This document shows, piece by piece, positions 1 through 8,990 of a DNA stretch of 64,000 nt; the stretch's first letter is position 1; every line of letters starts with the position of its first letter. Position numbers and translations under genes: made by a program. A model generated the notes under the pieces. That model worked only from the letters and a program-made list of their open reading frames with translations, was not told where the DNA came from and made no database searches. This stretch comes from Trueperaceae bacterium (GTDB lineage: Bacteria > Deinococcota > Deinococci > Deinococcales > Trueperaceae): contig JAXHNB010000006.1 in the NCBI GenBank assembly GCA_034520945.1, positions 864,001 to 928,000 of the forward strand. The letters are read 5' to 3'.

Positions 1-1
1 C

Positions 2-1171
2 AACGGCAAGGGCGCGACCACCGCGGCGTTGGCGGAGATGCTGCGGCAGGCGGGCGTCCGCACCGGACGGTTCGTCAGCCCCCACCTGAGCGAGCCCGGC
101 GAGCGTGTGGTGGTGGACGGCGTGCCCATGTCCCCCGCCGCGTTCGAAGCGGCTGCGGCTCGGATTCGACCGCACGTGGAGGCCACCGGGGCGACGTTCT
201 TCGAGGCGCTGACGGCCATGGCCTGCCAGGCGTTCGCCCGGGCGGGATGCCGGACGGTCGTGGCGGAGGTCGGCATGGGCGGGCGTTGGGATGCCACCAA
301 CGCGCTGGAACCGGTGGCGTCCCTGATCACCTCGGTGGGGCTGGACCACACCGAACGCTTGGGCGACACCGTGGCGGAGGTGGCCGGAGAGAAGGCGGGG
401 ATCCTGCGCAGCGGCCGTCCCGCCTGGACGTCCGCACGGGGCGACGCGCTGGACGCCCTCCGCGCCCGGGCGCGGAGCCTGGGCGCACCGCTCCGCAGCC
501 TTCACGACCCCGAGGTGGAGGTGTCGATTCGGCTTCGCGGCTGGGAGGGATTGGAGGTCGACGTCGCCCAGGGCGGGGAGGGGGCGACCCTTCGCAGCCC
601 CTGGCTGGGGCGGCACCAGGGCGAGAATCTTGCGCTGGCCGCGCTCGGGGCCCGCGAGCTGGGGGTCGGCTGGGACGCCGTCCGCGCCGGCGCGGCGTCG
701 GCCACGTGGCCCGGCCGGCTCGAACGGATCGCGCCGGCCCGACCCGACCTGCCGGCCGTTCGCCTCCTGCTGGACGGGGCGCACAATCCCGACGCCGCCC
801 GCGCCCTGGCGAGCACGCTGGAGGCGCTGTCGTCGAGGCCGGAGCTGGTGTTCGGCGCGTCCAGCGACAAGGACGTCCGCGGGGTCCTAGGGGCCCTGGC
901 ACCCCACGTCACGCAGCTGCATGCGACCCGGGCGCGCCTCAGCCCGCGCGCCCTGTCGGCGGCGGAGGTCGCGGCCGAGGCGGCCGCATGTGGGATTCCC
1001 GTGGCCGGGCACTACCAGGATCCCCGCGAGGCGGTGACGGCAGCGATGTGGGCGGCGCACGGCGCTGGGTCCGCCGCGGGCGTGTTGGTGGCCGGAAGCC
1101 TGTACTTGGTGGGCGAGGTGCGCCCCTGGCTTCTCGGCGAAGCGTCGCCCGCGTTCGAGCGGTGGCAGTAG
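2..1171 (+). CDS. folC: Bifunctional folylpolyglutamate synthase/dihydrofolate synthase (5' end outside window)
   Basis: Frame opens at window edge with NGKGAT P-loop; FVSPHL, EVGMGGRWDATN, GLDHT, KAGI, WPGRLE, LDGAHN and GSLYLVGE motifs. Confidence 0.93.
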   Translation, partial: NGKGATTAALAEMLRQAGVRTGRFVSPHLSEPGERVVVDGVPMSPAAFEAAAARIRPHVEATGATFFEALTAMACQAFARAGCRTVVAEVGMGGRWDATNALEPVASLITSVGLDHTERLGDTVAEVAGEKAGILRSGRPAWTSARGDALDALRARARSLGAPLRSLHDPEVEVSIRLRGWEGLEVDVAQGGEGATLRSPWLGRHQGENLALAALGARELGVGWDAVRAGAASATWPGRLERIAPARPDLPAVRLLLDGAHNPDAARALASTLEALSSRPELVFGASSDKDVRGVLGALAPHVTQLHATRARLSPRALSAAEVAAEAAACGIPVAGHYQDPREAVTAAMWAAHGAGSAAGVLVAGSLYLVGEVRPWLLGEASPAFERWQ

Positions 1172-1185
1172 GCCGGCCCGCGCCG

Positions 1186-1821
1186 TCAGCGCGGCGTGTC
1201 GTCGGGCGCCGTTGCCCCTGGGGGTGGACGGCGGGCCGCCAGCAGGTGCTTCACGATCGAGATCGACGCGCCGGCGGCGGCCGCCGTGGCGACGGCGAAC
1301 GCCCGGTCGGGCACCCAGCCGGCGTTCGTCACCGCGGTGCCGGTCACGAAGGGAAACGCGAGCAGCGCGATCACCGCGGCGAGCGTGGCGCGTCGCAACA
1401 GCAGCACGAGCGCGACCAGGACCGCCAGTCCATAGCCGGCGGCGAGGGGCGCGACGGGCAGGAACATCCCGAACAGCGTCGCCAGCGCCTTGCCGCCGCG
1501 GAGTCCCGCGAAGCACGACCAGGCGTGCCCCAGGACCGCGCCGGTCCCGGCCGCCAGCGACGTCGGCAGCGGATCGACCGTCCCGGCCCACTGCGCCATG
1601 GCGCTCCCGAGGAGGACGGCGCCGGCCCCCTTGCCGGCGTCGCCGATCAGGACCAGCACGCCGGCGCCCCACCCCAGGTTGCGCGCGACGTTCATCGCGC
1701 CCATGTTGCCCGAGCCGAGCTGAAACACGTCACGCCCCCGTCCCCGCGCGATCCAGGCGGCGACCGGGATGCTGCCGATCAGGTACCCCGCGGCGAGCGC
1801 GGCGACCGCGTCCACGATCAC
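1186..1821 (-). CDS. plsY: Glycerol-3-phosphate acyltransferase PlsY
   Basis: GYLIGSIP, GSGNMGAMN, DAGKG, GHAWS, GGKALAT motifs; hydrophobic; GTG start overlaps recO stop (GTGA). Confidence 0.9.
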   Translation of the reverse strand: MIVDAVAALAAGYLIGSIPVAAWIARGRGRDVFQLGSGNMGAMNVARNLGWGAGVLVLIGDAGKGAGAVLLGSAMAQWAGTVDPLPTSLAAGTGAVLGHAWSCFAGLRGGKALATLFGMFLPVAPLAAGYGLAVLVALVLLLRRATLAAVIALLAFPFVTGTAVTNAGWVPDRAFAVATAAAAGASISIVKHLLAARRPPPGATAPDDTPR

Positions 1822-2576
1822 GCGTTCTCCGGGGCGTCGCGTTCGGCGTCGGCGCCCGCCTCGGCCCGCATGGCGGTGACGGCCTGCAGGCTGCGGAGCT
1901 GCTCGACGTGCCAGCCCACGTAGCGGGCCAGCAGGCGCCACTGCAACGCGCGGTCGACGAGGGGCTCGTTCAGGACGTCACGTGCGCGACCCGTGGCCAG
2001 GCGTCGCAGCCCGTAGGCCCCTTGGGGCGACAGGGCGATGCCCTCGCCGTCCCGCGTGAGCGTGCCGCCCGCGACATCGAAGCGTGCCGGCCCCTCGGCG
2101 CTTCCCTCCGGACCGGCGGCCACGGCGGGCCCGAGGCCCGCGACGCGCAGCATCATCCAAGCGTGCACCAGGGCGACGCGTTCGGGATCTCCGTCGGCGT
2201 TCAGACCGCGAAGGCCGCTGGCCAGCCAGGCGTGCAGCGGTTCGCCCAGGTGCACCTCCACGGCCAGCCGGTCGGCGAGCTCGGCCAGCGCGTGGGCGTA
2301 CGGGTACACGTCGGGGTCGGACAGGCGCGGCAAAGCGCCGTTCAAACGCACCTGCGTCACCACGGCCAGGTCGTCGTCTCGCCTGCGGTAGGCCTGCACG
2401 GTGACGTCGTGGAACAGCGACAGCCGACCGGGATTGCCGCCGGGCAGACGGCCCTTCCGGACGATGGCCCGCCACTTCCCGTCCTCGGAGAGCAAGGTGA
2501 CCACCACGTCGCCGGAGGGAAGGGGCGTGCGCCTGAGGACGATGCCGTCGCGCACGCGGTAGCGGCTGCTGGCCAT
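1818..2576 (-). CDS. recO: DNA repair protein RecO
   Basis: GIVLRR...DVVVTLLS..GK OB-fold N-terminus, GRLSLFH motif as in Deinococcus-Thermus RecO; recR nearby. Confidence 0.85.
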   Translation of the reverse strand: MASSRYRVRDGIVLRRTPLPSGDVVVTLLSEDGKWRAIVRKGRLPGGNPGRLSLFHDVTVQAYRRRDDDLAVVTQVRLNGALPRLSDPDVYPYAHALAELADRLAVEVHLGEPLHAWLASGLRGLNADGDPERVALVHAWMMLRVAGLGPAVAAGPEGSAEGPARFDVAGGTLTRDGEGIALSPQGAYGLRRLATGRARDVLNEPLVDRALQWRLLARYVGWHVEQLRSLQAVTAMRAEAGADAERDAPENA

Positions 2577-2658
2577 GGCCTATCGCGGGGCGCGCCGGGC
2601 GCCCGGCCGCCTACGGCCGCCTCGGCCACGCCCGCGGCCGTGGCGGGGCGTGCGCATC

Positions 2659-5658
2659 TCAGCCCTCGGCCTGGCGTCGCGCCTTGCCGTGGGCCATGCG
2701 GAGCTTGAACATGCCTCGCTTGTGCCGCGTCGCCACCTCGTCCTCTTGGAGGCCGAGCTCGTTCGCGACCGCCTGGGTGGACGCCGCGCCGTGCCCGTTC
2801 ATGCCCTCCTTGCGCACGACCACCTCCCGGTCCGGCGCGTCGAGCAGGTCGAGGTGTTCGGCCAGCTGCTGGGGGGAGGCCTTGGGCGTGGCGGCCTTCT
2901 TGGTGCCCGTCGCCTTCTTGCCGCTCGCCTTCTTGCCGCTCGCCTTCTTGCCCGCGGTCTTGGTGCCGGCCGCCTTCTTGCCGGCCGCCTTCTTGCTGGA
3001 CGCGGTGGTGCTGCCGCGGTCTCGGCTCGAGCCCTGTGCCTTGGCCGTCCCCTTGCCGCGCGAGGCGCCGCGTCCCTTGCCGCTGGCCTTGCGTGCTTCG
3101 CGGGCGGCCAGCAGTTCGAGCGCCGTCTCCAACGTCATCTCGTCCGGCTTCTGGTCCTTGCGCAACGAGGCGTTGGTCTTGCCGTGCTTGACGTACGGGC
3201 CGAAGCGACCGTCGTGGAGCTCGACGGGTGCGTCGCTCTCGGGGTGCGTGCCCAGCGTGGCGAGCGGCTCGCGGCGTCCGCGGGACCGTTTGGCGGCCAG
3301 CAGCTGCGCGGCGCGTTCGGGCTCGATCTCGAGCACGTCGTCGCCCTCTTCGAGCGAGGCGTAGGTGCGTTCGTGCCGGACGTACGGCCCGTAGCGGCCG
3401 ATGCCGGCATGGATCGCCTTTCCGGTCTCCGGGTGGGCGCCGACGGGGCGAGGGAGGTCCAGCAGGCGGCGCGCGAGGGACGCGTCCACCTCGGCGGGCT
3501 CGACGCCCGGTGGCAGCGACACGCGTTTGGGCTTGCCCTCCTGATCACTGGGACCCAACTGCAGGTAGGGGCCGTACGGCCCGTTCTTGAGGAGCATCAC
3601 GGGGCCGTCCTCATGGGTGCCGAGCTCCACGTCCCCCTGTCGTTCCCGCGCGATCAGCTCGTCGAGCTGCTCCTTGGTCACGTCCGCAGGGGGCCATTCG
3701 GCGGGCACGGAGGTGGTGATGCGCTCGCCGTCCACGTGCGCCTCGACGTACGGGCCGTATCGTCCTACGCGAATCACGTACGGGTCCCAGCGCGCCGCGC
3801 GAATGGTGCTGATCTCCTTGGGATCGATGCCGTCGATGCCACGCGCCACCCGTGCTTCGATGCCCTCGTCGCCGCCGTAGAAGCCGCGCAGGTAGGGGAT
3901 CGCCTCGAGCGTGCCGGCGGCGATCTCGTCGAGCTTGGCCTCCATCTCGGCGGTGAACTCGGTGTCCACGAGCTGCGCGAACTGCTCCTCGAGCAGGTTG
4001 TTGGTCGCGAACGCCGTGAAGGTCGGCACCAACTGCGAACCGTTCTTGCGCACGTACCCCCGGCGCACGATGGTGTCGATGATGCTGGCGTAGGTGCTCG
4101 GACGGCCGATCCCTTCCTGCTCCAGCGTCTTGACGAGCGACGCCTCGGTGAACCTGGCGGGTGGACGGGTCTCGTGCCCACTGGGGGTCAGCGCCTCCGC
4201 CACCAGCGCCTGGCGTTCCTGCAGCGGGGGGAGCGGCTGGTCGCGGTCGTCGAGCGCGGCGTCGGGGTCGTCGCTGCCCTCCACGTAGGCGCGGAAGAAG
4301 CCCGGGAAGAGCACCGTCCGCCCGCTGGCGCGTAGCGACAGGGTGCGGCCTTCCGCCTCCGTCTCGATACGCGCCGTGACGAACTTCAGTTTCGCCTCGG
4401 CCATCTGGGTGGCGACCGTGCGCTTCCAGATCAGGTCGTACAGAGCGCGTTCGCGGCCCCTCAAGGCATGCTCGTCGGCGGTCCGCATCGTGGTGCCCGC
4501 GGGGCGGATGGCCTCGTGCGCTTCCTGGGTCCCGCGCGACTTGCTGCGGTACTGCCGCGGGCGGGTGGACAGGTAGTCGCTGCCGTAGAGCGCCTCGATG
4601 CGTGCCCGGCTGGCGTGGATCGCCTCGCCCGAGAGGTGCGTCGAGTCGGTTCGCATGTAGGTGATCAGCCCGCGCTCGTACAGCCCCTGTGCGACGCTCA
4701 TGGTGTCGCGCGCCGACAGGCCCAGCTTGCGGCTGGACTCCTGTTGAAGGGTCGACGTCGTGAACGGGGCCGAAGGGTGCCGCGTCTGCTCCTTCTCCTC
4801 CACGCTGCGGACCGTGAACGGCGCCTCAGCTGCCGCGTCCGCCAACCGCGTGGCCGTGTCGCCGCCGAGCAGGACGAGGTCGCGGCCCTCCTCCAGCCCG
4901 GGTGCCAGCCTGCCGGTGTCGGGATCGAAGTCCTTCCCGGCCGCCAGGCGGATCCCGTCCAGGTGCGTGAGGGTCGCGCCGAACGGCCGGGCGGCCCCCT
5001 CGGCGCCGCGCAGTGTCGCGTCGATACCCCAGTACGACGCCGGCACGAACGCCAGGCGCTCCTTCTCCCGCTGCACCAGGATGCGCACCGCCACCGACTG
5101 AACGCGCCCCGCCGAAAGGCGGGGGGCGATCTTGCGCCACAGCAGCGGGCTGATGGTGTAGCCCACCAGCCGGTCCAACAGGCGGCGGGTCTCCTGCGCC
5201 TCGACCAGGCTGCGGTCGATGTCGCGCGTGTCCGCCAGCGCGTTCTCGATCGCCTCCTCGGTGATCTCGTGGAACACCATGCGCTTCACGGGCACGTCGG
5301 GCTTCAGGAGCTCCAGCAGGTGCCACCCGATCGATTCGCCCTCGCGGTCCTCGTCCGTCGCGATGACCAACTCGTCCACGTTGCGGAGGGCCTTCTTGAG
5401 GTCGCGCACCACGTCCGGTTTCGTGACCACGTACAACGGCTCGAAGTCGTTGTCGACGCGCATGCCCAGACGGGCCCAGCTCTCGCCACGGTACCGGTCG
5501 GGGATGTCGTTCGCCGAGGCGGGCAGGTCGCGCACGTGGCCCATGCTGGCCATCACCTCGTACCTGCTGGGCAGGTAGCGGCGGATGGTCCGAGCTTTGG
5601 TGGGCGACTCCACGATGACGAGGCTTCGTCCCGAAGATGCGTTGGTCGTAGGTGCCAT
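2659..5658 (-). CDS. topA: DNA topoisomerase I (type IA) with Topo C-terminal repeats, Lys-rich repeat linker and terminal sigma4-like domain
   Basis: LVIVESPTKA, ATDEDREGE TOPRIM, SAGRVQS, ITYMRTDS (catalytic Tyr), QEAHEAIRP, GIGRPSTY; repeated GRYGPYV; SD-like AAGGGA before ATG 5658. Confidence 0.96.
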   Translation of the reverse strand: MAPTTNASSGRSLVIVESPTKARTIRRYLPSRYEVMASMGHVRDLPASANDIPDRYRGESWARLGMRVDNDFEPLYVVTKPDVVRDLKKALRNVDELVIATDEDREGESIGWHLLELLKPDVPVKRMVFHEITEEAIENALADTRDIDRSLVEAQETRRLLDRLVGYTISPLLWRKIAPRLSAGRVQSVAVRILVQREKERLAFVPASYWGIDATLRGAEGAARPFGATLTHLDGIRLAAGKDFDPDTGRLAPGLEEGRDLVLLGGDTATRLADAAAEAPFTVRSVEEKEQTRHPSAPFTTSTLQQESSRKLGLSARDTMSVAQGLYERGLITYMRTDSTHLSGEAIHASRARIEALYGSDYLSTRPRQYRSKSRGTQEAHEAIRPAGTTMRTADEHALRGRERALYDLIWKRTVATQMAEAKLKFVTARIETEAEGRTLSLRASGRTVLFPGFFRAYVEGSDDPDAALDDRDQPLPPLQERQALVAEALTPSGHETRPPARFTEASLVKTLEQEGIGRPSTYASIIDTIVRRGYVRKNGSQLVPTFTAFATNNLLEEQFAQLVDTEFTAEMEAKLDEIAAGTLEAIPYLRGFYGGDEGIEARVARGIDGIDPKEISTIRAARWDPYVIRVGRYGPYVEAHVDGERITTSVPAEWPPADVTKEQLDELIARERQGDVELGTHEDGPVMLLKNGPYGPYLQLGPSDQEGKPKRVSLPPGVEPAEVDASLARRLLDLPRPVGAHPETGKAIHAGIGRYGPYVRHERTYASLEEGDDVLEIEPERAAQLLAAKRSRGRREPLATLGTHPESDAPVELHDGRFGPYVKHGKTNASLRKDQKPDEMTLETALELLAAREARKASGKGRGASRGKGTAKAQGSSRDRGSTTASSKKAAGKKAAGTKTAGKKASGKKASGKKATGTKKAATPKASPQQLAEHLDLLDAPDREVVVRKEGMNGHGAASTQAVANELGLQEDEVATRHKRGMFKLRMAHGKARRQAEG
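2894..2999. repeat. Degenerate 15-bp coding tandem repeat encoding KKAAG/KKASG units in the TopA tail
   Basis: Repeated gccttcttgccgctc / gccttcttgccggcc units. Confidence 0.85.
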
Positions 5659-5683
5659 GCGGTCCCTTCCGGTTCGCGCCGCC

Positions 5684-5711
5684 ATTATATGGACGCCCGG
5701 CCTGAAGTCAA
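5684..5711 (-). promoter_or_regulatory. Near-consensus sigma70-type promoter for topA (TTGACT-16-TATAAT)
   Basis: Minus-strand TTGACT at 5711-5706 and TATAAT at 5689-5684, which stand out in GC-rich DNA. Confidence 0.7.
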
Positions 5712-5748
5712 GACGTCGCCACGGTCCGTGGGGTCGTGCGCTTACGGT

Positions 5749-6351
5749 TCAGAGCCGGCGTCGATGCGTGATGGCGCGCCCCAAGGTCACCTCGTCGGCG
5801 TACTCCAGATCGCCCCCGACCGGCAGACCGTACGCGATGCGCGACACGGGCACGTCGCGTTCGCCCAGCGAGCGCGCCAGGTACATCGCGGTCGCTTCGC
5901 CCTCCACCGTGGTGGAGGTGGCCAGGATGACCTCCTCGGCGGCGCCGTGCGTCAGGCGATCGAACAGCGCGGCGAGTGTGAGCTGCTCGGGGCCGATGCC
6001 GTTCATGGGCGACAGCGCGCCGTGCAGCACGTGGTACATGCCGCGGTACTCGCCGGAACGCTCGATGGCCAGCAGGTCCGCCGGGTGTTCCACCACGCAC
6101 ACGAGGCTGGCGTCTCGGTTCGGATCGTCACACACGTGGCACCGATCCTGTCCCTTCGTCATCACGTTGAAGCAGACCGGGCACCGCGCCAGCGACGCTT
6201 CGGCGTCGCGGATCGCCGACGCCAGCGCCTCGATCTCCTCGCTGGGTCGGTTGAACAGGTGGAACGCCAAGCGCTGCGCGCTCTTCGGCCCGATGCCGGG
6301 GAGCCTTCCCAATTCACGGATCAGGGTGGTCAGGGCCGGCGGGAAGCTCAC
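5749..6351 (-). CDS. recR: Recombination mediator RecR
   Basis: LPGIGPKSAQRLAF HhH, CPVC..CHVC zinc finger, YHVLHGALSP, EGEATA TOPRIM. Confidence 0.96.
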   Translation of the reverse strand: MSFPPALTTLIRELGRLPGIGPKSAQRLAFHLFNRPSEEIEALASAIRDAEASLARCPVCFNVMTKGQDRCHVCDDPNRDASLVCVVEHPADLLAIERSGEYRGMYHVLHGALSPMNGIGPEQLTLAALFDRLTHGAAEEVILATSTTVEGEATAMYLARSLGERDVPVSRIAYGLPVGGDLEYADEVTLGRAITHRRRL

Positions 6352-6358
6352 CTTCGGG

Positions 6359-6697
6359 TCAGAACTGGCCGGGCAGACCGCCCATGCCGCCCATGCCGCC
6401 GAGACCGCCCATGTCCCCCATGGCGCCGCCCATCTCCTCCTGCTGGAGCTCCTTGGCCTTGCGCTGCGCGTCCGCGACGGCGGCGGCGACCAGATCCTCG
6501 AGCAGTTCGGCGTCCTCGGGATCGATCGCGCTGGGATCGATGTGCACCTTGGTGACGTCGCCCGCCCCGGTGGCGGTCACGGTGACGAGGCCCCCGCCCG
6601 CGCTCCCCTCGACCGTCATCTCGGCCAGTCGTTCCTGGGCCTGCGACATCTTCTCTTGCGCCTTTTGCGCTTCCTTCATGAGCTTCTGGATGTTCAT
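6359..6697 (-). CDS. ybaB: YbaB/EbfC nucleoid-associated protein
   Basis: MNIQKLMKEAQKAQ..., GSAGGGLVTV, DPEDAELLEDLVAAA; canonical dnaX-ybaB-recR order. Confidence 0.93.
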   Translation of the reverse strand: MNIQKLMKEAQKAQEKMSQAQERLAEMTVEGSAGGGLVTVTATGAGDVTKVHIDPSAIDPEDAELLEDLVAAAVADAQRKAKELQQEEMGGAMGDMGGLGGMGGMGGLPGQF

Positions 6698-6744
6698 CCC
6701 GGCCACTGTACCCGGTCCGACGCCGCCGTCGCGTCCCCCGGCGG

Positions 6745-7389
6745 TCACGCCTCGGGGTCGGCGGCCGGCGCTGCGCCCGTTGCGTCTTCGGCGTCGGCAT
6801 CCGCCTCGGCCGCTGCCGTGGGCTCCGTCGCGACGGTCGCCGTGTCGGTCGCTGCGTCGTCCTCGCTGGGCGACGAGCCGGGATCCAGGGCCACCATCCG
6901 GCCGGGGAACAGCCGTTGCACCATCTCGAACGGATCGTCCGCTGTGGCGGTGGCTCCGGCCTCTGGGGCGGCCGCGGGCGCCCCGGGCTCCACGGCCGCG
7001 CCCGCGGGGCGCTCTTCCGGCGGAGCCGGGGCCGGAGGAGCGGCCGGCTCGTTCGGCGGCGGGGTCGACGGCGCCTCGTCCGACGGCGCCTCGTCCGACG
7101 GCGCTGCGTCCGATAACGCTGCGTCCGACGGCGCAGCCTCGGAGAACAGGTCGGCAGGCAGGTCTTCGTAGCTGGTGACGGCGTCGGCTGGGGGGCCCGA
7201 CGGGGCCGGGGCGCGGGCGGTGGCAGAGGGCGCATCGTCCTGCGGTGCGGCCCAAGCCTGCGCCGCCTTCTGTGCCGGCGCCGACGACGCCTCCGGTTTC
7301 GCTTCGGTCGTCTTCGGTGGTACCGGCGTGGGCGGTTCCGGCGTGGGCGGCGGGGCGGCGGGCCCTGAGCCCTGCCGCCCCGTCAGGCT
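6745..7389 (-). CDS. dnaX: C-terminal extension of DnaX tau, reached by a -1 shift (or +1 A) at the A7 run
   Basis: Open -1 frame continuing KK-SLTG..., Pro/Ala/acidic linker, then DDPFEMVQRLFPGRMV resembling the Thermus-type tau C-terminal motif; no own start signal; ends just before ybaB. Confidence 0.75.
   Translation of the reverse strand, partial: SLTGRQGSGPAAPPPTPEPPTPVPPKTTEAKPEASSAPAQKAAQAWAAPQDDAPSATARAPAPSGPPADAVTSYEDLPADLFSEAAPSDAALSDAAPSDEAPSDEAPSTPPPNEPAAPPAPAPPEERPAGAAVEPGAPAAAPEAGATATADDPFEMVQRLFPGRMVALDPGSSPSEDDAATDTATVATEPTAAAEADADAEDATGAAPAADPEA
7067..7140. repeat. Five 15-bp tandem repeats in the tau linker (AAPSD/EAPSD)
   Basis: gacggcgcctcgtcc x2, gacggcgctgcgtcc, gataacgctgcgtcc, gacggcgcagcctc. 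Confidence 0.85.
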
Positions 7390-7395
7390 TTTTTT
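7352..7395 (-). promoter_or_regulatory. Putative programmed -1 frameshift cassette: A_AAA_AAA slippery site, 7-nt spacer, GC hairpin
   Basis: CGA AAA AAA GCC TGA C followed by GGGGCGGC-A-GGGC-TCAGG-GCCC-GCCGCCCC (12-bp stem, one bulge). Confidence 0.75.
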
Positions 7396-8990
7396 CGGAT
7401 CGTCTCGTCTGGCCCTTCGATCTCGATCGACCAGCCCGGCCCCCCCACCTCTTCGATCAGCGCGGCCAACTCGTCCTGCCGGCGCACCAGCTGCGAGAAG
7501 TGGAAGCGGTGCTTCTCGCCGTAGCGCAAGCGGACGACGCCGTCCGCGACGTGGTCGTCGGCCGGTTGCAGGAACGCCTTGAGCTGGGCGCCGGCCTTGG
7601 ACTTGACCTGATGCCAGCTGAGCTTGTCGGCGCTGGCCGCAGGGGGCGCGGCACGATCCTCCTCCGCCGGGGCCTCGGCCGGGGCGTCCGCCACCTCGGT
7701 GGCTGGCGGGTCCGTGGGGGCCTGGGGCGATGGGTCCGCGGATGCGGACGGCGTGGCGGCCGCCGCGTCGGCGCTCGCCGGCGCCGGTGGGTGTGCTGGG
7801 GGGGCCGCTGCCGGCGCCGCGCCGGCAGGGGCCGCGGTCGAGGCCGCGGGCGGCCGTGCGGCGCGCCCTGTGTCGTCGCGCGCGTCGCCTGCGCCGCCCG
7901 CGGTGGTGCCCTTCGCGACGGCTTCGGCGACGAAGGGGGCGGGCAGATTGCCGGCCGCCGCGTTGCTGGCCTTGAGCAGCGCGGCCTCCAGCGCGTACAG
8001 GTCGCCGTGGCGCTGGAAGCGTTCGAGCTCGTCGTCGAACTGGTGCAGCGTGCGCAGCAGGCCGTCTCGGTCCAGCGGCACGAGGAACGCCCCCTCCTCG
8101 CCCGTGACGTCGGCGACCAACGCGTCGCGCAGGGTGCGGGCGACCTGCTCCGCCACCGTGCGGGGCGAGAAGCCGTCGCGGTACAGCGCGGTCGCCTCGT
8201 CCAACAACGGGGCGAGGTCGGCCGACGCGACGGCGCGGGCGAGCGCCTCCAGTCGCTCCCGTGGGGGAAGGCCCAGGGCGCGCTCGGCGTCGAAGCGGCG
8301 AATCGGCTCCCCGGAGGCCAACAGTCGTTCCAGCAGCGACTCGGCGTCCCGCATCGCGCCGTCCGCGGCGCGGGCGACGAGGGCCAACGCCTCGGGCTCC
8401 GCCTCCACGCCGGCCCCGTCGCAGAGGCCGGCCAGCTTGCCGGTGATCTCCGGGACCGACAGGCGACGGAAGCGGAAATGCTGGCACCGAGACAGCACCG
8501 TCGGCGGCAGCTTTTCTGGTTCCGTCGTGGCCAGAACGAACACCAGGCCGGGCGGGGGCTCCTCCAACGTCTTGAGGAGCGCGTTGGCGGCCGGAGTGGA
8601 CAGCATGTGCGCCTCGTCGAGGATCCAGACCCGCCACCCGCCGTGCAGGGAGGCCAAGCGAACGCGCTCCCGCAGTTCGCGGACGTCCTCGACGGAGTTG
8701 TTGCTGGCCGCGTCCAGCTCGGTGACGTCTGGATGCCTCGCGGCGCGGATCATGGTGCAGCTCTCGCAGTGCCCGCACGGCCGCGCTTCGGGATCGTCCG
8801 CCGCGCAGTTGAGGGCCATCGCCAGAAGGCGCGCGCTGGTGGTCTTGCCCACGCCCCGGGGGCCGGAGAAGAGGTAGGCGTGCGACGTCCTCTCACGGCG
8901 CAACGCCGCGAGAAGGACGTCCTTCACGTGCTCCTGCCCCACGACCTCTTTGAATGTGGCCGGCCGTGCCGACTGGTAGATGGCCTCCAT
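7383..8990 (-). CDS. dnaX: DNA polymerase III subunit gamma/tau (zero-frame product = gamma-length, about 535 aa)
   Basis: VVGQEHV, FSGPRGVGKTT Walker A, CGHCESC, ELDAASN, LDEAHML, NALLKTLEEPP, SRCQ; TACCAT -10 box 7 nt before ATG 8990. Confidence 0.95.
   Translation of the reverse strand: MEAIYQSARPATFKEVVGQEHVKDVLLAALRRERTSHAYLFSGPRGVGKTTSARLLAMALNCAADDPEARPCGHCESCTMIRAARHPDVTELDAASNNSVEDVRELRERVRLASLHGGWRVWILDEAHMLSTPAANALLKTLEEPPPGLVFVLATTEPEKLPPTVLSRCQHFRFRRLSVPEITGKLAGLCDGAGVEAEPEALALVARAADGAMRDAESLLERLLASGEPIRRFDAERALGLPPRERLEALARAVASADLAPLLDEATALYRDGFSPRTVAEQVARTLRDALVADVTGEEGAFLVPLDRDGLLRTLHQFDDELERFQRHGDLYALEAALLKASNAAAGNLPAPFVAEAVAKGTTAGGAGDARDDTGRAARPPAASTAAPAGAAPAAAPPAHPPAPASADAAAATPSASADPSPQAPTDPPATEVADAPAEAPAEEDRAAPPAASADKLSWHQVKSKAGAQLKAFLQPADDHVADGVVRLRYGEKHRFHFSQLVRRQDELAALIEEVGGPGWSIEIEGPDETIRKKA

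Noticed and set aside
7067..7140. 15-bp repeats here and at 2894-2999 and about 34630-34810 as CRISPR or mobile-element repeats
   Set aside because: No spacers, no cas or transposase genes; all are in-frame low-complexity protein linkers
6745..8990. dnaX as a pseudogene
   Set aside because: Essential gene with intact motifs; the break falls on a slippery heptamer with a hairpin at the gamma/tau boundary
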